DNA from: a virus
IMG/VR virus record: IMGVR_UViG_3300045988_175028
Reading direction: 5' to 3' (one strand)
Length of the DNA stretch: 64,000 nucleotides
Shown: piece by piece, positions 1-10,480 of the stretch
How the letters are laid out: every line of letters begins with the position of its first letter
Position numbering within the stretch: the stretch's first letter is position 1
Translations under genes and position numbers: made by a program
The notes under the pieces: generated by a model
Database searches by the model: none
What the model saw: the letters and a program-made list of their open reading frames with translations, nothing else
What the model was told of the DNA's origin: nothing

Positions 1-400
1 AAGCTTTAGGTTGAGTTAGGTTTTCACAATAAATATTACTAGTGTCAAGGCCCATTCGTTTGAGGTCTCTTACTAAGTTGAACTTTTTTAGTTCATTATA
101 ATAGTAAAGAAAATTACCTGGCTCACTCATAAATTCAGCATCTTGAAGGTATTCAATACCGTTATTTTGAGAAAAAACTAACTGCCCACTTGGGGTACTT
201 TCAAGATAACTTGAAACATCAACGGGAGTAATATGAGAAGCACCACCTCGATACAAATTATCAATTGCTACAAATAAATAACGAGTAAAAGTTGAGGAGA
301 AATCGGTAGGAGTTATTGTATATTTATCTATCTCACTTAGATACTGAGGATGCTTCATTAGACTTCCAATAATTTGGAGTTCTGTATTTCTATCAATCAT
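1..400 (-). CDS. DnaB-like replicative helicase, N-terminal part (gene continues beyond window start)
   Basis: ATG at 400 behind a GGAGGA RBS, with ATGA overlap to the upstream ORF. Translation MIDRNTELQIIGSLMKHPQYL..DFSSTFTRYLFVAIDNLYRGG fits the DnaB N-terminal domain pattern. Frame stays open to position 1. Confidence 0.55.
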   Translation of the reverse strand, partial: MIDRNTELQIIGSLMKHPQYLSEIDKYTITPTDFSSTFTRYLFVAIDNLYRGGASHITPVDVSSYLESTPSGQLVFSQNNGIEYLQDAEFMSEPGNFLYYYNELKKFNLVRDLKRMGLDTSNIYCENLTQPKA

Positions 401-936
401 TCAATGTCCTCCAAATTCCATCGAGACTTTTTCTTTTGGGATGTAGTTTTTGGCTTTTTTAGTAGAACTTTTTGCTGAAACTCTCGTTGCTTGATTTGTT
501 CTTCGATTCCAGCCAAAGTTCCTCGTTCATTGTTCTCTCTTTGTTTCCAATAGGTAGTGGCTTCTTCATAAATAAAGGGAATAATCCCTAACCCCCCATG
601 ACCCTTTGACCAGTCTCCATCTCTAATTTCATAAAAATATTTTAGTGTATAAAAAATACCTTTATAAGTTCCAATTTTATCTTTCTCGACGAATTTTTTC
701 AACTGAGCTTCGCAGAGATGATAGTCATAAGAAACTTTTAAGTCGTGTGCAATAAAATCATAAATACGTTTTTTCCAATCTTTATCTTTTAGAATATTTC
801 CTTTCTTTAGATTTTCATAACAAGATTTATGATAATACCATCCTTTAGATGGCATTACCCACTCTGTATCCGCACCGGCTAATTGAGCGTCAAAACGTTC
901 TTTACAGGCACGGCAGATGACTAAATGTTTTGCCAT
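397..936 (-). CDS. hypothetical protein, N-terminal CxxC/HxxC motif, basic C-terminus
   Basis: 179-aa ORF, RBS present, translationally coupled to the helicase gene. Confidence 0.6.
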   Translation of the reverse strand: MAKHLVICRACKERFDAQLAGADTEWVMPSKGWYYHKSCYENLKKGNILKDKDWKKRIYDFIAHDLKVSYDYHLCEAQLKKFVEKDKIGTYKGIFYTLKYFYEIRDGDWSKGHGGLGIIPFIYEEATTYWKQRENNERGTLAGIEEQIKQREFQQKVLLKKPKTTSQKKKSRWNLEDIE

Positions 937-1031
937 TTATATCCCTCCAATCTTATTATATTATACCATATTTTTCTAAAAATGTCAAAAAAGAGGTAGG
1001 ATTTCTCCTACCTCTAATTTAGTTTTATAGA

Positions 1032-2003
1032 TTACATCGCACGTAAGTCCATGACAGCAAGCTGTAAAAGAGAAACTTGATCCTCAGTAACCTCCGACAG
1101 TTTTAGCTTTCGTCCAAATACCATTTCTACCTTTTTAGACATAGCACGAACTGCTGCTTCCTTATCTTCATCGGTTTGGGCATTATTTACCTTAGTAGTC
1201 CAAATCTCACGAGCTTCAGACATTAAGGCATTGAAGTCGAGTTTTTCTTCCTGGATGATTGGTGCTTCATCAGTTACTAAACCGCCATTTTTTTCTTCCA
1301 TATCAATAGCCTTAGCTACCGCTTGTTCAAGCTCATGGAAGCCGAATGGAATGCGAGGTTCAAGATATTTATAACGAGAACCTGCGGTAATAGTGGGAGT
1401 GGCACGAGTTTGAATCCACCGTTCACTTTCTCCTTTTTCATTCCAGGTTTGAGTAATAACTCCAATAATATCGACAAGACCATTGACAGTTTTTAAACAA
1501 CGATTATTGAGGTCAGGCTTATAACCAATTACCTTACCATCATCATCTGCTGTTTCTTTTAGATGGCAAGTCATAATGAGTCCATAGCCCATCATGGTAA
1601 TTTTACGAAGACAATTTTCAAATTCCTTTGAAGTTTGACTATAGCCCCCGCCATAGGGGATATCTCCGATTTTACTCACTCCGTTTTGCTGACAAATAAA
1701 CTGCTCACAAAGGTCATATAGAATACCAATAGTATCAATACAAATAGTTGAATACATTTGTTTTGCTTCAGGCTTTTCTAACTGACGAAGAACTAGCTTG
1801 AAATCAGCAAACTTCTGAATTGGAAGAGCGCGAACGCCAGATTGAGCATTTGTACCAATCTCAGTTGCAAGAATCAGGGCTTTATCACTTTGGGCACAAA
1901 ATTCAGTCTTTCCAATTTTAGGAGCTCCCGCCAAAAGAATGAATTTAGAACGTAAGTCGCGTGAGATTTTATTGGGTTGGAGGGAAAAAATATCAATAGC
2001 CAT
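1032..2003 (-). CDS. RecA-fold AAA ATPase (Sak4/AAA_24-like recombination mediator)
   Basis: Walker A GAPKIGKT, size about 320 aa, located next to an SSB-like gene. Confidence 0.7.
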   Translation of the reverse strand: MAIDIFSLQPNKISRDLRSKFILLAGAPKIGKTEFCAQSDKALILATEIGTNAQSGVRALPIQKFADFKLVLRQLEKPEAKQMYSTICIDTIGILYDLCEQFICQQNGVSKIGDIPYGGGYSQTSKEFENCLRKITMMGYGLIMTCHLKETADDDGKVIGYKPDLNNRCLKTVNGLVDIIGVITQTWNEKGESERWIQTRATPTITAGSRYKYLEPRIPFGFHELEQAVAKAIDMEEKNGGLVTDEAPIIQEEKLDFNALMSEAREIWTTKVNNAQTDEDKEAAVRAMSKKVEMVFGRKLKLSEVTEDQVSLLQLAVMDLRAM

Positions 2004-2017
2004 AACTATTTACCTCC

Positions 2018-2941
2018 TTAAAATCCCATATCGTCTCCTGCTAAACGAGAAGTAGTTGGTGCAGGAGTCTTCATCTCACCCTTTACTTTGTTCATATCCT
2101 TAACCTTCTGGGCCTCCAAACGAGCCTTACGGGCCTTCATCGCTTGCGCAAGGTCCTCAACATCAAAGGCCTGCTCACCTTCTAGAGCACTCTGAGAACC
2201 ACCGGTAATTAGTAGCTCACTAATACTACGGGTGCGAGTCTTTTCAATGGCTTCACCAAAATCTACATCCTCAATATAAGTCTCAGTAGTAGAGGTAAAG
2301 TTCAAACGACCGTTAGCCTTAAAAGTATAATCGGGCTCCCAATACTGGGTAATAGCATTGATAACATTAGGATTAGAGGCATATAGCTTTACTACCTCAA
2401 CCTGACCATTCCAATTAGGAACAATAGTAGTAACCTCTAGCTTCTTTGGCTCGACTTCAATACCGTCCTTATCAACGACATAATTGATATTAGAAACAGC
2501 AAAAGTCAAAGAGAAACTGGCCTCAGGCTTAAAATCACCAGTAGCCTTACCAACGAAAGAGGCGCTAATGCGGGGAGAACTTACAAAACGACCATCCTTG
2601 GAGAAGAACTCGTTCATCTTGATTTTTGCGCCAGTAATACGAATCTTATCGGCACCTTCGCGCCCACCAGCAGACGCAATGGACATAAACTCTTCCTTGA
2701 CACGCTGAATGCTTTCATAGGAAGGATTCAGGCCTCCATCCTTCTTATACTTTTGACTAAAAAGATGGACAGGGATTTCAAGATGTAGAGGAACGGCATT
2801 TACAACTTGCTCAACAAGTACCTTGATAGTTCCTCCAATTGTCTCGATTGTCTCGCCATTCTTGACAAAAGAACCATACTTTAAATCAGTTTCACTTAGT
2901 AGACCTTCAATACGAACACGGTTTTCGGCTTCATGTAGCAT
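2018..2941 (-). CDS. putative ssDNA-binding protein (gp2.5-like)
   Basis: Position in the replication module. C-terminal acidic tip ends in an aromatic residue (..AGDDMGF), as in SSB tails. Confidence 0.45.
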   Translation of the reverse strand: MLHEAENRVRIEGLLSETDLKYGSFVKNGETIETIGGTIKVLVEQVVNAVPLHLEIPVHLFSQKYKKDGGLNPSYESIQRVKEEFMSIASAGGREGADKIRITGAKIKMNEFFSKDGRFVSSPRISASFVGKATGDFKPEASFSLTFAVSNINYVVDKDGIEVEPKKLEVTTIVPNWNGQVEVVKLYASNPNVINAITQYWEPDYTFKANGRLNFTSTTETYIEDVDFGEAIEKTRTRSISELLITGGSQSALEGEQAFDVEDLAQAMKARKARLEAQKVKDMNKVKGEMKTPAPTTSRLAGDDMGF

Positions 2942-3034
2942 AAAATTTTTCTCCTTTTTACATTTACAATAATTACTTTGGTTCTTTCATAAAAAGGTAG
3001 GAGGAAATTCCTCCTACCAAATTATTAAAATAAA

Positions 3035-3286
3035 TTACTCAGCGTCGTCGCTGGGAACAAAGGTGGTACCGGCATCAGTTAGATTTACATAAACTACGGG
3101 CTTCTCAGTACCCTCAACCTCAACCTTCTCACGCTCAACTAGACCCTTCTTCTGTAGGTCAGTTACATTAGCACCTACAGAACGAGAAGCACGACCAATG
3201 GCATTACAAATCTCATCAATAGAGACATGACCACCATTAGACTTCACATAATCAAATACTTCAGAACTCTTAGCAGTTAGCTTCAT
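3035..3286 (-). CDS. winged-helix DNA-binding protein
   Basis: 83 aa. Motif SIDEICNAIGRASRSVGANVTDLQKKGLVE resembles MarR-type wHTH proteins. Confidence 0.55.
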   Translation of the reverse strand: MKLTAKSSEVFDYVKSNGGHVSIDEICNAIGRASRSVGANVTDLQKKGLVEREKVEVEGTEKPVVYVNLTDAGTTFVPSDDAE

Positions 3287-3410
3287 TTTAGTTTCTCCTT
3301 TTACATATAAAATTATTTTTTTTATTATTAGATGAGTAAAGGTTTCATGCCTCTCTCAACTTTCTATAAATATTATAGCTAAAATTTACAAAACTTTCAA
3401 ACTTTCAAAC

Positions 3411-5753
3411 TTAGAAATTTTGGATTTTTATTACTTTTGAATTTCCCCCCAATTTTAGAGTCTTGACTCCTTGTGTGCCACGACTTAATATAGGAATTTC
3501 CTCAACTTTCACTCGAATCTGAGTAGTAGAAGATACAACTAGAATATCGCTAGAGTCAATAAGTGGTAAAAAATCACAAAGATTACCCGCTCTTTGAATC
3601 TTTACTCCTTTGGTTGCGCGTCCGGTAATTTTGAATTCGTTTATATCGGTTCGTTTTGAATATCCATCTTCACTTACAGAAAGAATTTCTCTTGTTTCTT
3701 TAGGAATGACTCGTCCAGAAACAACTTTATCTCCCTCATTTAGCTTAATACCTACAACCCCTCGAGCTACTCTACCAATAGGTCTAATATCTTTAGTTTC
3801 GATAATAATAAAATTTCCTTCCTCGGTAAGGATGCCGACTCTTTCATTTTTCAAAATGAGAATAGAAGCAATCAAATCATCATCATCTAACTTTAAAGCC
3901 TGAACGCCAGTGTTTCTTCGTAAATTATACTCAGAAAGCGCGGACTTCTTCAAAATTCCCTTCTTTGTAAGAAAAAGAATGTTTGAGGACTCTGTATCTT
4001 TAGAAAGAATCGTAGCTGATTTTATTTCATCGTCTCCATTGATGGGTAGGAATGAATTTAGATATTGTTTTTCTCCAATATTGAATTCTCCCATCTTCAA
4101 ATGATAAAAGGCTCCGCGCTGTGTAAAAAAGAGAACTTCGTCTGTGTTGTTCCCAATTAGAGTATCAACTACAAATTCTCCTTTATCAAGCTTAAACTTT
4201 GAGCCTACACCATTTCTTCGTTGAGAATAAAGTGTAGAGGTTTCGCTAACAAATACAGCTCCTTCATTTGTGAAAGAAAGAGACAGTTGTTTTTGCTCGA
4301 TTGTTTCTTCATCATTTGAAATATTCAAAATTTTTGTTCGGCGTACGTCTCCAAATTTTTCAGCAACTTCGCGTAAACCTTTTTCAATTTCTTTTTTGAG
4401 AAGAGTTTCATCACCTAAAATGGCTTCAATTCTTTCTTTTTCAGTTTCAAGACTGGACCTTTCAGTTTCTAACTTTGTAATATCTAAATGAGTTAAACGA
4501 GAAAGCTTTAGGTCAAGAATAGCCTTAGCCTGAATTTCATCAATACTTAATAGGCGTTGAAGGCCAATTGAAGCATTCTTCGCATCAGCACTCTGTTTGA
4601 TAATCTTAATAACTTCGTCAATCATTGAAATAGCTTTCATCAATCCCTCGATAACGTGAAGACGTGCGAGAATTTTTCTGCGGTCGAATTGAAAACCATT
4701 TATATATACGCTTTTTTCATGTTCCAAATGAGCTTGAAGCATTTCCTTCCAAGTAAAAAGTCTCGGATATCTTCCTTGGTCAAGCATTGTGAAATTGATG
4801 CTATAATAATATTGAAGAGAAGTGTTCTTATATAAATATCGCAGGACTTTATCGGGATTTGCCTTTTTAGATAGATAAATTTTGATAAGAGCAGTTTTTC
4901 CTGTCAAGTCATTGAATCGTTCTATTCCAGGATTCTTCTCGTCTTCAATAATTTGTTCTAACTCTCCACAAATAGTATTAGTATAAACATTATATGGAAT
5001 TTCAGTTATTACAAAACATCTATCTTTTGCATCAAATTCAACCACGCTTCTTAATTTACAGGCAAATCCAGTGCCATTTTTCATGGACTGCTTTACTTCT
5101 TCTTCATTATATAAGATAGCACCAGTAGCAAAGTCAGGGGCACAATAGATTTCTTCAAAATCACAATCTGGATTATACAAAAGATGAATTAGAGCGGTAT
5201 TTAGTTCCTTGAGATTGTATTGTGGAACGCTTGAAGCCATTCCAATGCCTATTCCTTGACAACCGTTTACGATATTATAATACCCTTTTGTTGGGAGAAC
5301 GGCAGGAAATTGTTTGGTATTGTCATAGCTGTCTCGCCATTCAAAGATAGTTTCTTTATCAATATCTTCAAATAAAATATTTGAAAGTTTAGATAGCCGA
5401 GATTCGGTATATCTCATAGAGGCCCAGTTTCCACTTTCAATCAAAGAACCAGCATTACCTTTTACATCTACTAAAGGATACCGCATAGCAAAAGGCTGGC
5501 CTGCGCGCATAATCACAGCTGTGCATGAACTATCTCCGTGAATGTAATAATCGGCCATTGCCATACCTACGGCATTGGCTGTTTTTTTATGGGGGTTAGA
5601 AGATGTTAGCTTGCGAGTAAGCATAGAATAGAAAATCTGGCGCGCAGACGGCTTCAATCCATCTCGCACATCAATTAGTGCTCTTGATTGAAGAACGGCG
5701 CCGGCATACTGAGTAAAACTATCTTTTATAATCGGTGTTAGATTGACTTCCAT
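3411..5753 (-). CDS. type II DNA topoisomerase, A (GyrA/ParC-like) subunit
   Basis: QSRALIDVRDGLKPSARQIFY and the catalytic-Tyr motif MRYTESRL. C-terminal beta-pinwheel-like repeats. Confidence 0.9.
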   Translation of the reverse strand: MEVNLTPIIKDSFTQYAGAVLQSRALIDVRDGLKPSARQIFYSMLTRKLTSSNPHKKTANAVGMAMADYYIHGDSSCTAVIMRAGQPFAMRYPLVDVKGNAGSLIESGNWASMRYTESRLSKLSNILFEDIDKETIFEWRDSYDNTKQFPAVLPTKGYYNIVNGCQGIGIGMASSVPQYNLKELNTALIHLLYNPDCDFEEIYCAPDFATGAILYNEEEVKQSMKNGTGFACKLRSVVEFDAKDRCFVITEIPYNVYTNTICGELEQIIEDEKNPGIERFNDLTGKTALIKIYLSKKANPDKVLRYLYKNTSLQYYYSINFTMLDQGRYPRLFTWKEMLQAHLEHEKSVYINGFQFDRRKILARLHVIEGLMKAISMIDEVIKIIKQSADAKNASIGLQRLLSIDEIQAKAILDLKLSRLTHLDITKLETERSSLETEKERIEAILGDETLLKKEIEKGLREVAEKFGDVRRTKILNISNDEETIEQKQLSLSFTNEGAVFVSETSTLYSQRRNGVGSKFKLDKGEFVVDTLIGNNTDEVLFFTQRGAFYHLKMGEFNIGEKQYLNSFLPINGDDEIKSATILSKDTESSNILFLTKKGILKKSALSEYNLRRNTGVQALKLDDDDLIASILILKNERVGILTEEGNFIIIETKDIRPIGRVARGVVGIKLNEGDKVVSGRVIPKETREILSVSEDGYSKRTDINEFKITGRATKGVKIQRAGNLCDFLPLIDSSDILVVSSTTQIRVKVEEIPILSRGTQGVKTLKLGGNSKVIKIQNF

Positions 5754-5827
5754 CTTACAGCTCCTTTCTTTTCATTATAATACAATTATACAATAAAAAA
5801 GAGAGGAAATCAAATTTCCTCTCCTAA

Positions 5828-7687
5828 TTATTCTCTTATTGTAGAAAAATCAATATTTTCAAAAATAAAGTCTCTTCTTGGTTTTACCTCGTCTCCCATT
5901 AGCTCAAGAAGCAAATCAATAGCTTCTTTACTATAATGTAAAACCTCTAACTGTTGAAATTCAGGGGTAAACATTGAAGCATGAGCAGTTTCCGCAGGAA
6001 GCTCACCCAGTCCTTTCGCACGAGTAACAGTTCCTTTTATACTTTTTCGAGCCTTGGCAAATTCTTCATCAGAAAAATAATAGGTTTCTTTTCCTTTGTT
6101 TTCAACTATATACAGAGGAGACCGAAGCCAGCATAGCCGGCCCTCTTTGATGAACTCTGGAGCCAGGTATAGTAAAGCTGACATAATCAAGAGACCAATA
6201 TGCATTCCATCAGAGTCGGCGTCGCTACAAATTGCGAGTTTGCCATATCTCAGCTTTTTACTATCGTATCGACCAGGGGTAATATTCATCGCGCTAAGAA
6301 TCAGTTTAATTTCTTCATTTTGAAAAATCTTCTCTTCAGAATTAGATAGACAATTAATAATTTTCCCCTTTAGAGTAAGAATGCCATACTTGGTATAGTC
6401 TCTCGCCTGAGACATTCCTCCCATAGCACTGTTACCTTCAACGAGTAAAAGCGTCGAATCCTGTCCCAAAAACTCCGCATCCTTCAACTTATCACTCGCA
6501 AAAACTTTTTTCCGTTGATTCTTTTCAACTTCTTTGCCCGCTTCAAGAACTTGACGGCGCGCTTTTTCGGCCATCATCTCTGCTTTTTTTTCCTTGACTA
6601 ATAAATCAACAACTTTATCAAATTCATCTTTATGTTTTTTTACAAAATCTTTTATAGCATCAGTAAAAACTGTTTGGGTATATCCTCTCAGTTCTGGATT
6701 TTGGATACGAGATTTAGTCTGATTTTGATAAATAGGATGGGGATGGCGTATATTAACAATATAAACAAGTCCCTTTCTTATCATATCGGCAGTAAAATCT
6801 CCCTTAGATAAAGAATTGATAGTTCTTGTAAAAGCAGTTTTTGCACCAGTACTCGGTGTTCCACCATCTATATTTAGCGCGCCATTAGAGAAAATATATT
6901 CTGTTTCCCTCCCGCTTGTCCATTGAGCAAATACTTCAACCTCGACTTCATCATCAAATTCTTTATACCCATAGATAAAAGATTTATGTAGAGGCTTTTC
7001 AATATTGTCTTTGGCAAAATCCTTTAACCCTTGTGAAGAGTAGAATGTATCGCTTTTACCTTTATAAGTAAAAATAAACAAAACTTTTGGAATAAAGTAA
7101 GATGTAAGTCGAAGTTCTTCTCGAATTCGTTCGGGTTCAAAGGTGTTTTCATCTTTTTCAATATTTAATACTTCCTTATTTGGAGTAAATCTAAAAGTTG
7201 AGCCAGTAGAACTAACTTCTCTAATCTTTTCACTTTTATTAGAACATGGAATGCCGTCTTGAAACTTTAGATGATATTCACTACCCTCTCTTCGACTCCA
7301 AACTTCAAATTCACGGGAACACACGCATACTGCCGATGTCCCGATGCCATGACATCCTCGAACTTTTTTATAATTAGAAGTATCAAATTTACCAGAACTG
7401 TGAGCAGAACAAAAAAGTTCAATCAAAACTTCCTCACAATCCTTATTCGGCCCGCGGGGAACTCCAGCCCCATTGTCAATGCAGGTTAGTGTGTTGCAGT
7501 CATCAGACAAAATTATTTCGATTCTATCTCCGCGTCCCATCATAGCTTCGTCACAAGCATTATTTAGTACTTCAAGAAAACAATTGAAGGAGGCATCCTG
7601 TGCAGTTGCTCCTAAATACATTCCAGGAGTGGCTCGACAAGCTGTACGAAAATCTCTTATTTGAATTGAATTAGCATCATAACTCAT
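5828..7687 (-). CDS. type II DNA topoisomerase, B (GyrB/ParE-like) ATPase/Toprim subunit
   Basis: GHKL motifs (EVLNNACDEA, GCHGIG). Toprim motifs LLLVEGNSAMG and SDADSDGMHI. Confidence 0.9.
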   Translation of the reverse strand: MSYDANSIQIRDFRTACRATPGMYLGATAQDASFNCFLEVLNNACDEAMMGRGDRIEIILSDDCNTLTCIDNGAGVPRGPNKDCEEVLIELFCSAHSSGKFDTSNYKKVRGCHGIGTSAVCVCSREFEVWSRREGSEYHLKFQDGIPCSNKSEKIREVSSTGSTFRFTPNKEVLNIEKDENTFEPERIREELRLTSYFIPKVLFIFTYKGKSDTFYSSQGLKDFAKDNIEKPLHKSFIYGYKEFDDEVEVEVFAQWTSGRETEYIFSNGALNIDGGTPSTGAKTAFTRTINSLSKGDFTADMIRKGLVYIVNIRHPHPIYQNQTKSRIQNPELRGYTQTVFTDAIKDFVKKHKDEFDKVVDLLVKEKKAEMMAEKARRQVLEAGKEVEKNQRKKVFASDKLKDAEFLGQDSTLLLVEGNSAMGGMSQARDYTKYGILTLKGKIINCLSNSEEKIFQNEEIKLILSAMNITPGRYDSKKLRYGKLAICSDADSDGMHIGLLIMSALLYLAPEFIKEGRLCWLRSPLYIVENKGKETYYFSDEEFAKARKSIKGTVTRAKGLGELPAETAHASMFTPEFQQLEVLHYSKEAIDLLLELMGDEVKPRRDFIFENIDFSTIRE

Positions 7688-7802
7688 TTTATTCTACTCC
7701 TTTCTACATTTATAATAATATTATACTCTAAAACTCCAAAAATATCAAATTTCCTAAAACTAACTTCCAAAAATCTACTTATAAATACAAAGGAGGGATA
7801 TT

Positions 7803-7946
7803 ATGACATCCAAAGAAGCAATTCAAAGTGTAAAAGACTATGTACTTGCGGGCAATAAAAACCTTCAAGTATTAGATACTTTACTAAATAATGTAGCGAC
7901 CAGCGCCGTTGCAGAAGCTCTACCCACAACTGAAGATAAGAAATAA
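7803..7946 (+). CDS. small hypothetical protein (47 aa)
   Basis: AAGGAGGGA RBS 5 nt upstream of the ATG. Lone plus-strand ORF between minus-strand genes. Confidence 0.4.
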   Translation: MTSKEAIQSVKDYVLAGNKNLQVLDTLLNNVATSAVAEALPTTEDKK

Positions 7947-7957
7947 GAAGGAGAGGC

Positions 7958-8197
7958 TTAAAGCCCCTCCCTTTTTCTTTCATTTTTATACATTCCAATT
8001 ATAGTTGCCATATCCTGGGCACAACTATCACAAAGACAAAACTGTTCTGAAACTATTCCTTTTTCACTAAGAAGACCTGCATCTCCACGTCCTCCACGAA
8101 TAGCTACACCAGTATCCCAAATTGGAAGAAACCAAGTATTATAAGAAGTTGGATTAGGAATATAAGTTTCACAAAAATCACAAAAAGTCTTAGTCAT
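7958..8197 (-). CDS. hypothetical Cys-rich protein
   Basis: 79-aa ORF with CxxC...CxxC, overlapping the neighbouring ORF. Confidence 0.55.
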   Translation of the reverse strand: MTKTFCDFCETYIPNPTSYNTWFLPIWDTGVAIRGGRGDAGLLSEKGIVSEQFCLCDSCAQDMATIIGMYKNERKREGL

Positions 8198-8459
8198 CTT
8201 TTTCCTCCACCCAAGAGAGCCAGCGCATTATTAAATCTTTATTACTAAGAAGATAAAGTCCATAAGGGCAATCATGGTTTATTTCACAAAAACTTACTGA
8301 GCTCCCATCATAATCGTCTGTATCTGAACAATTATTACAAAAAGTATCTGTCATCCACTGGTCATAAATTGTACCTTCAAGCGCCATTTGGTCAGATAGA
8401 AATTCTGCCATTTCTTCCATTGAGAGATTTTTAAGCTTTTCAAAATTTGAAAGATTCAT
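8190..8459 (-). CDS. hypothetical Cys-rich protein
   Basis: ORF track starts at a TTG (8468). An ATG at 8459 overlaps the upstream stop (TAATG). Confidence 0.5.
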   Translation of the reverse strand: MNLSNFEKLKNLSMEEMAEFLSDQMALEGTIYDQWMTDTFCNNCSDTDDYDGSSVSFCEINHDCPYGLYLLSNKDLIMRWLSWVEEKDD

Positions 8460-8632
8460 TACATCCAATCCTCCTCATAAATATCATCGTCTTGAGAGTT
8501 AATATAAAAAGAAGCCATTGTATCGTCTTTTGAGAGAAGATAATCACTTACTCGTTGGAATTGACACCTAAGAGAAATTCCAAGGACGTCATCAAAATTT
8601 TCATAGTGATAAAAAGTAGGCAAATCGTACAT
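8459..8632 (-). CDS. small hypothetical protein (57 aa)
   Basis: ATG at 8632. Its stop overlaps the next start. Below the ORF-track size cut-off. Confidence 0.4.
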   Translation of the reverse strand: MYDLPTFYHYENFDDVLGISLRCQFQRVSDYLLSKDDTMASFYINSQDDDIYEEDWM

Positions 8633-8700
8633 CTATTTAGTTCCCCTTCCATCTTTTTATTATATTATAAAAGAAAAATGAGAGAAAATCAAATTTCCTC

Positions 8701-9429
8701 TCACCCTCCAGCTTTCATATTTAATTGCTTTTGTGTCCCATACAAGTCGATATAAAATTTTTCTCTCTCACTCTGTTTATCTTTCGGAACTTCTTCTAAA
8801 ATTTCAAAACTGTAATTCCAAATTCCATTCCGCGCCATATGCGTATGAAGCGTTGAGCTGGCAACTTTTTCCATACCTAGCGCTGTCTGAATGTGAGCTT
8901 GCCATCTATCTTTAAAATTGACGGTTCGACCTATATAAGCCTCCCCAGTTGGAATATAAGTAATCTTATAAATTCCTCCAACTTTCTGCCCGACAACCCT
9001 CTTTATCATCTCATTTACAGGGCGCCGAGCAATACTCTCCCATATAACCTTAGGAAGAACTTCTTTATGACATAAATGATTTCTCATACTATCTAAAAGC
9101 TTTATATCTTCAATATCATTTTGCGTAAGTTGGATTTTATAGAAATCTTCTTTTTCGATTAGTTCTCGTTCTCGTCGTATCGCTTCATTTATAGCATCGC
9201 GCCGACTACGAAAATCTTCTAATTCTTTTTTAAGATAGGAAAGTTCATTATTATAACTTCTTTGTTTCGCTTGGAATTCTTGTTGGGCGTTTTCTTCTAA
9301 ATTTTTGTATTTTTCTTCTAAAGCCTTTCGATATAATTTATCAGTATCAGATTTTAGTTTTTGAATTTTTCTTTGTTGTTTTAGTAAAAGAAAAATAATT
9401 CCTAAAATCAATAAAACTAAAACTGCCAT
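8701..9429 (-). CDS. membrane-anchored coiled-coil GIY-YIG nuclease-domain protein
   Basis: N-terminal TM helix (AVLVLLILGIIFLLL), about 90-aa coiled coil, then GIYKITYIPTGEAYIGRTVNFKDRWQAH (GIY..YIG..R). Confidence 0.7.
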   Translation of the reverse strand: MAVLVLLILGIIFLLLKQQRKIQKLKSDTDKLYRKALEEKYKNLEENAQQEFQAKQRSYNNELSYLKKELEDFRSRRDAINEAIRRERELIEKEDFYKIQLTQNDIEDIKLLDSMRNHLCHKEVLPKVIWESIARRPVNEMIKRVVGQKVGGIYKITYIPTGEAYIGRTVNFKDRWQAHIQTALGMEKVASSTLHTHMARNGIWNYSFEILEEVPKDKQSEREKFYIDLYGTQKQLNMKAGG

Positions 9430-9436
9430 TATATTC

Positions 9437-10480
9437 TTACTCCCAATTAGTAATTCTTGTACGCTTTTTTCTTTGTGGCGTCATCCATAAAACACCATCT
9501 CGTGCACGAGTAATCCCAACATAGGATACTCTACACTCTTCGGGACTCCAAAGATTCAACCCCACACAGGCTACATAATCCCATTCCAAGCCTTTTGCAC
9601 TATGTACGGTCAAAACTTTTACTGTATTTTCTTCCATTTTTTTATCTAATTCTTCTTTTTTGAGGTCTCCCTGTTTGAAGCTATCACAAGGAATTCCATT
9701 ATCAACTAGATAATCTTTGATAGTATCAACCTGGGCATTGGTTCGTGCTAATACTGCCCATTTATGATATTTTTTACTAATATTTATCATATCTAGAATT
9801 AGCTGTTCATTATAAGGTTTCATTGCCACTGTTCCTCTGACCTGGCGCATAGCAATACTATCATCAGTCATGCTACATTTTTGAAGAGTAGACTTCGCAA
9901 AACGAAGAACATCAGGACAACAGCGATAATTTTCATTCATAGAATAAACTTTTGCCCCAAGCTTTTGCTGATATCTCTTCAAAAGGTCTGGACGACTACC
10001 TGCGAAGCCATATATCGATTGCCGTAAATCAAAAACAATAAAATATTCTTTCGCGTGAAGCATTTCAAAAATAAATTTTAGTTGAATTTCATTACTATCT
10101 TGGGCTTCATCACATAAGCAAATATCAATATTCGGCGTGCATTCTGGATGCTTTTGCATTAGATGAAAAAGTCCATCGAATTTTTCGTCGTTCATATACT
10201 TTATGGCTTCTTTTACACCATTTCTGAGTAGAAGATGCGCGCAATAAGAGTGGATAGTTCCAATAAATAGGTTATCATTATTATCAATTTGAAGACGTTT
10301 TTTCATTTCTCCAGAAGCCATATTTGTAAATGTAAAAGCCACCACACTTTTTCCTTTTTGAATACTTTGACGGACTTTTTCAGTTAAAACTTTCGTTTTT
10401 CCTGAACCAGCACTACTGCTTACAAAAATAATTGGTTCTGTCGCTTCTAATATAGTATTCTGTATATTACTTAACTCCAA
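9437..10480 (-). CDS. short UvrD/Rep-family SF1 helicase
   Basis: Walker A SSAGSGKT, motif II CDEAQD, TVHSAKGLEWDYV, YVGITRAR. Only 347 aa. Confidence 0.75.
   Translation of the reverse strand: MELSNIQNTILEATEPIIFVSSSAGSGKTKVLTEKVRQSIQKGKSVVAFTFTNMASGEMKKRLQIDNNDNLFIGTIHSYCAHLLLRNGVKEAIKYMNDEKFDGLFHLMQKHPECTPNIDICLCDEAQDSNEIQLKFIFEMLHAKEYFIVFDLRQSIYGFAGSRPDLLKRYQQKLGAKVYSMNENYRCCPDVLRFAKSTLQKCSMTDDSIAMRQVRGTVAMKPYNEQLILDMINISKKYHKWAVLARTNAQVDTIKDYLVDNGIPCDSFKQGDLKKEELDKKMEENTVKVLTVHSAKGLEWDYVACVGLNLWSPEECRVSYVGITRARDGVLWMTPQRKKRTRITNWE

Noticed and set aside
3610-4491. Plus-strand ORFs 3610..3903, 3910..4104 and 4270..4491. Similar antisense ORFs lie at 2484, 6096, 7271, 7473, 12164, 12673, 13025, 13738 and 13746.
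   Set aside because: They lie entirely antisense or out of frame within motif-confirmed genes (topoisomerase, ligase, RNase H). They have no RBS and a low-complexity Ser/Leu/Phe composition.
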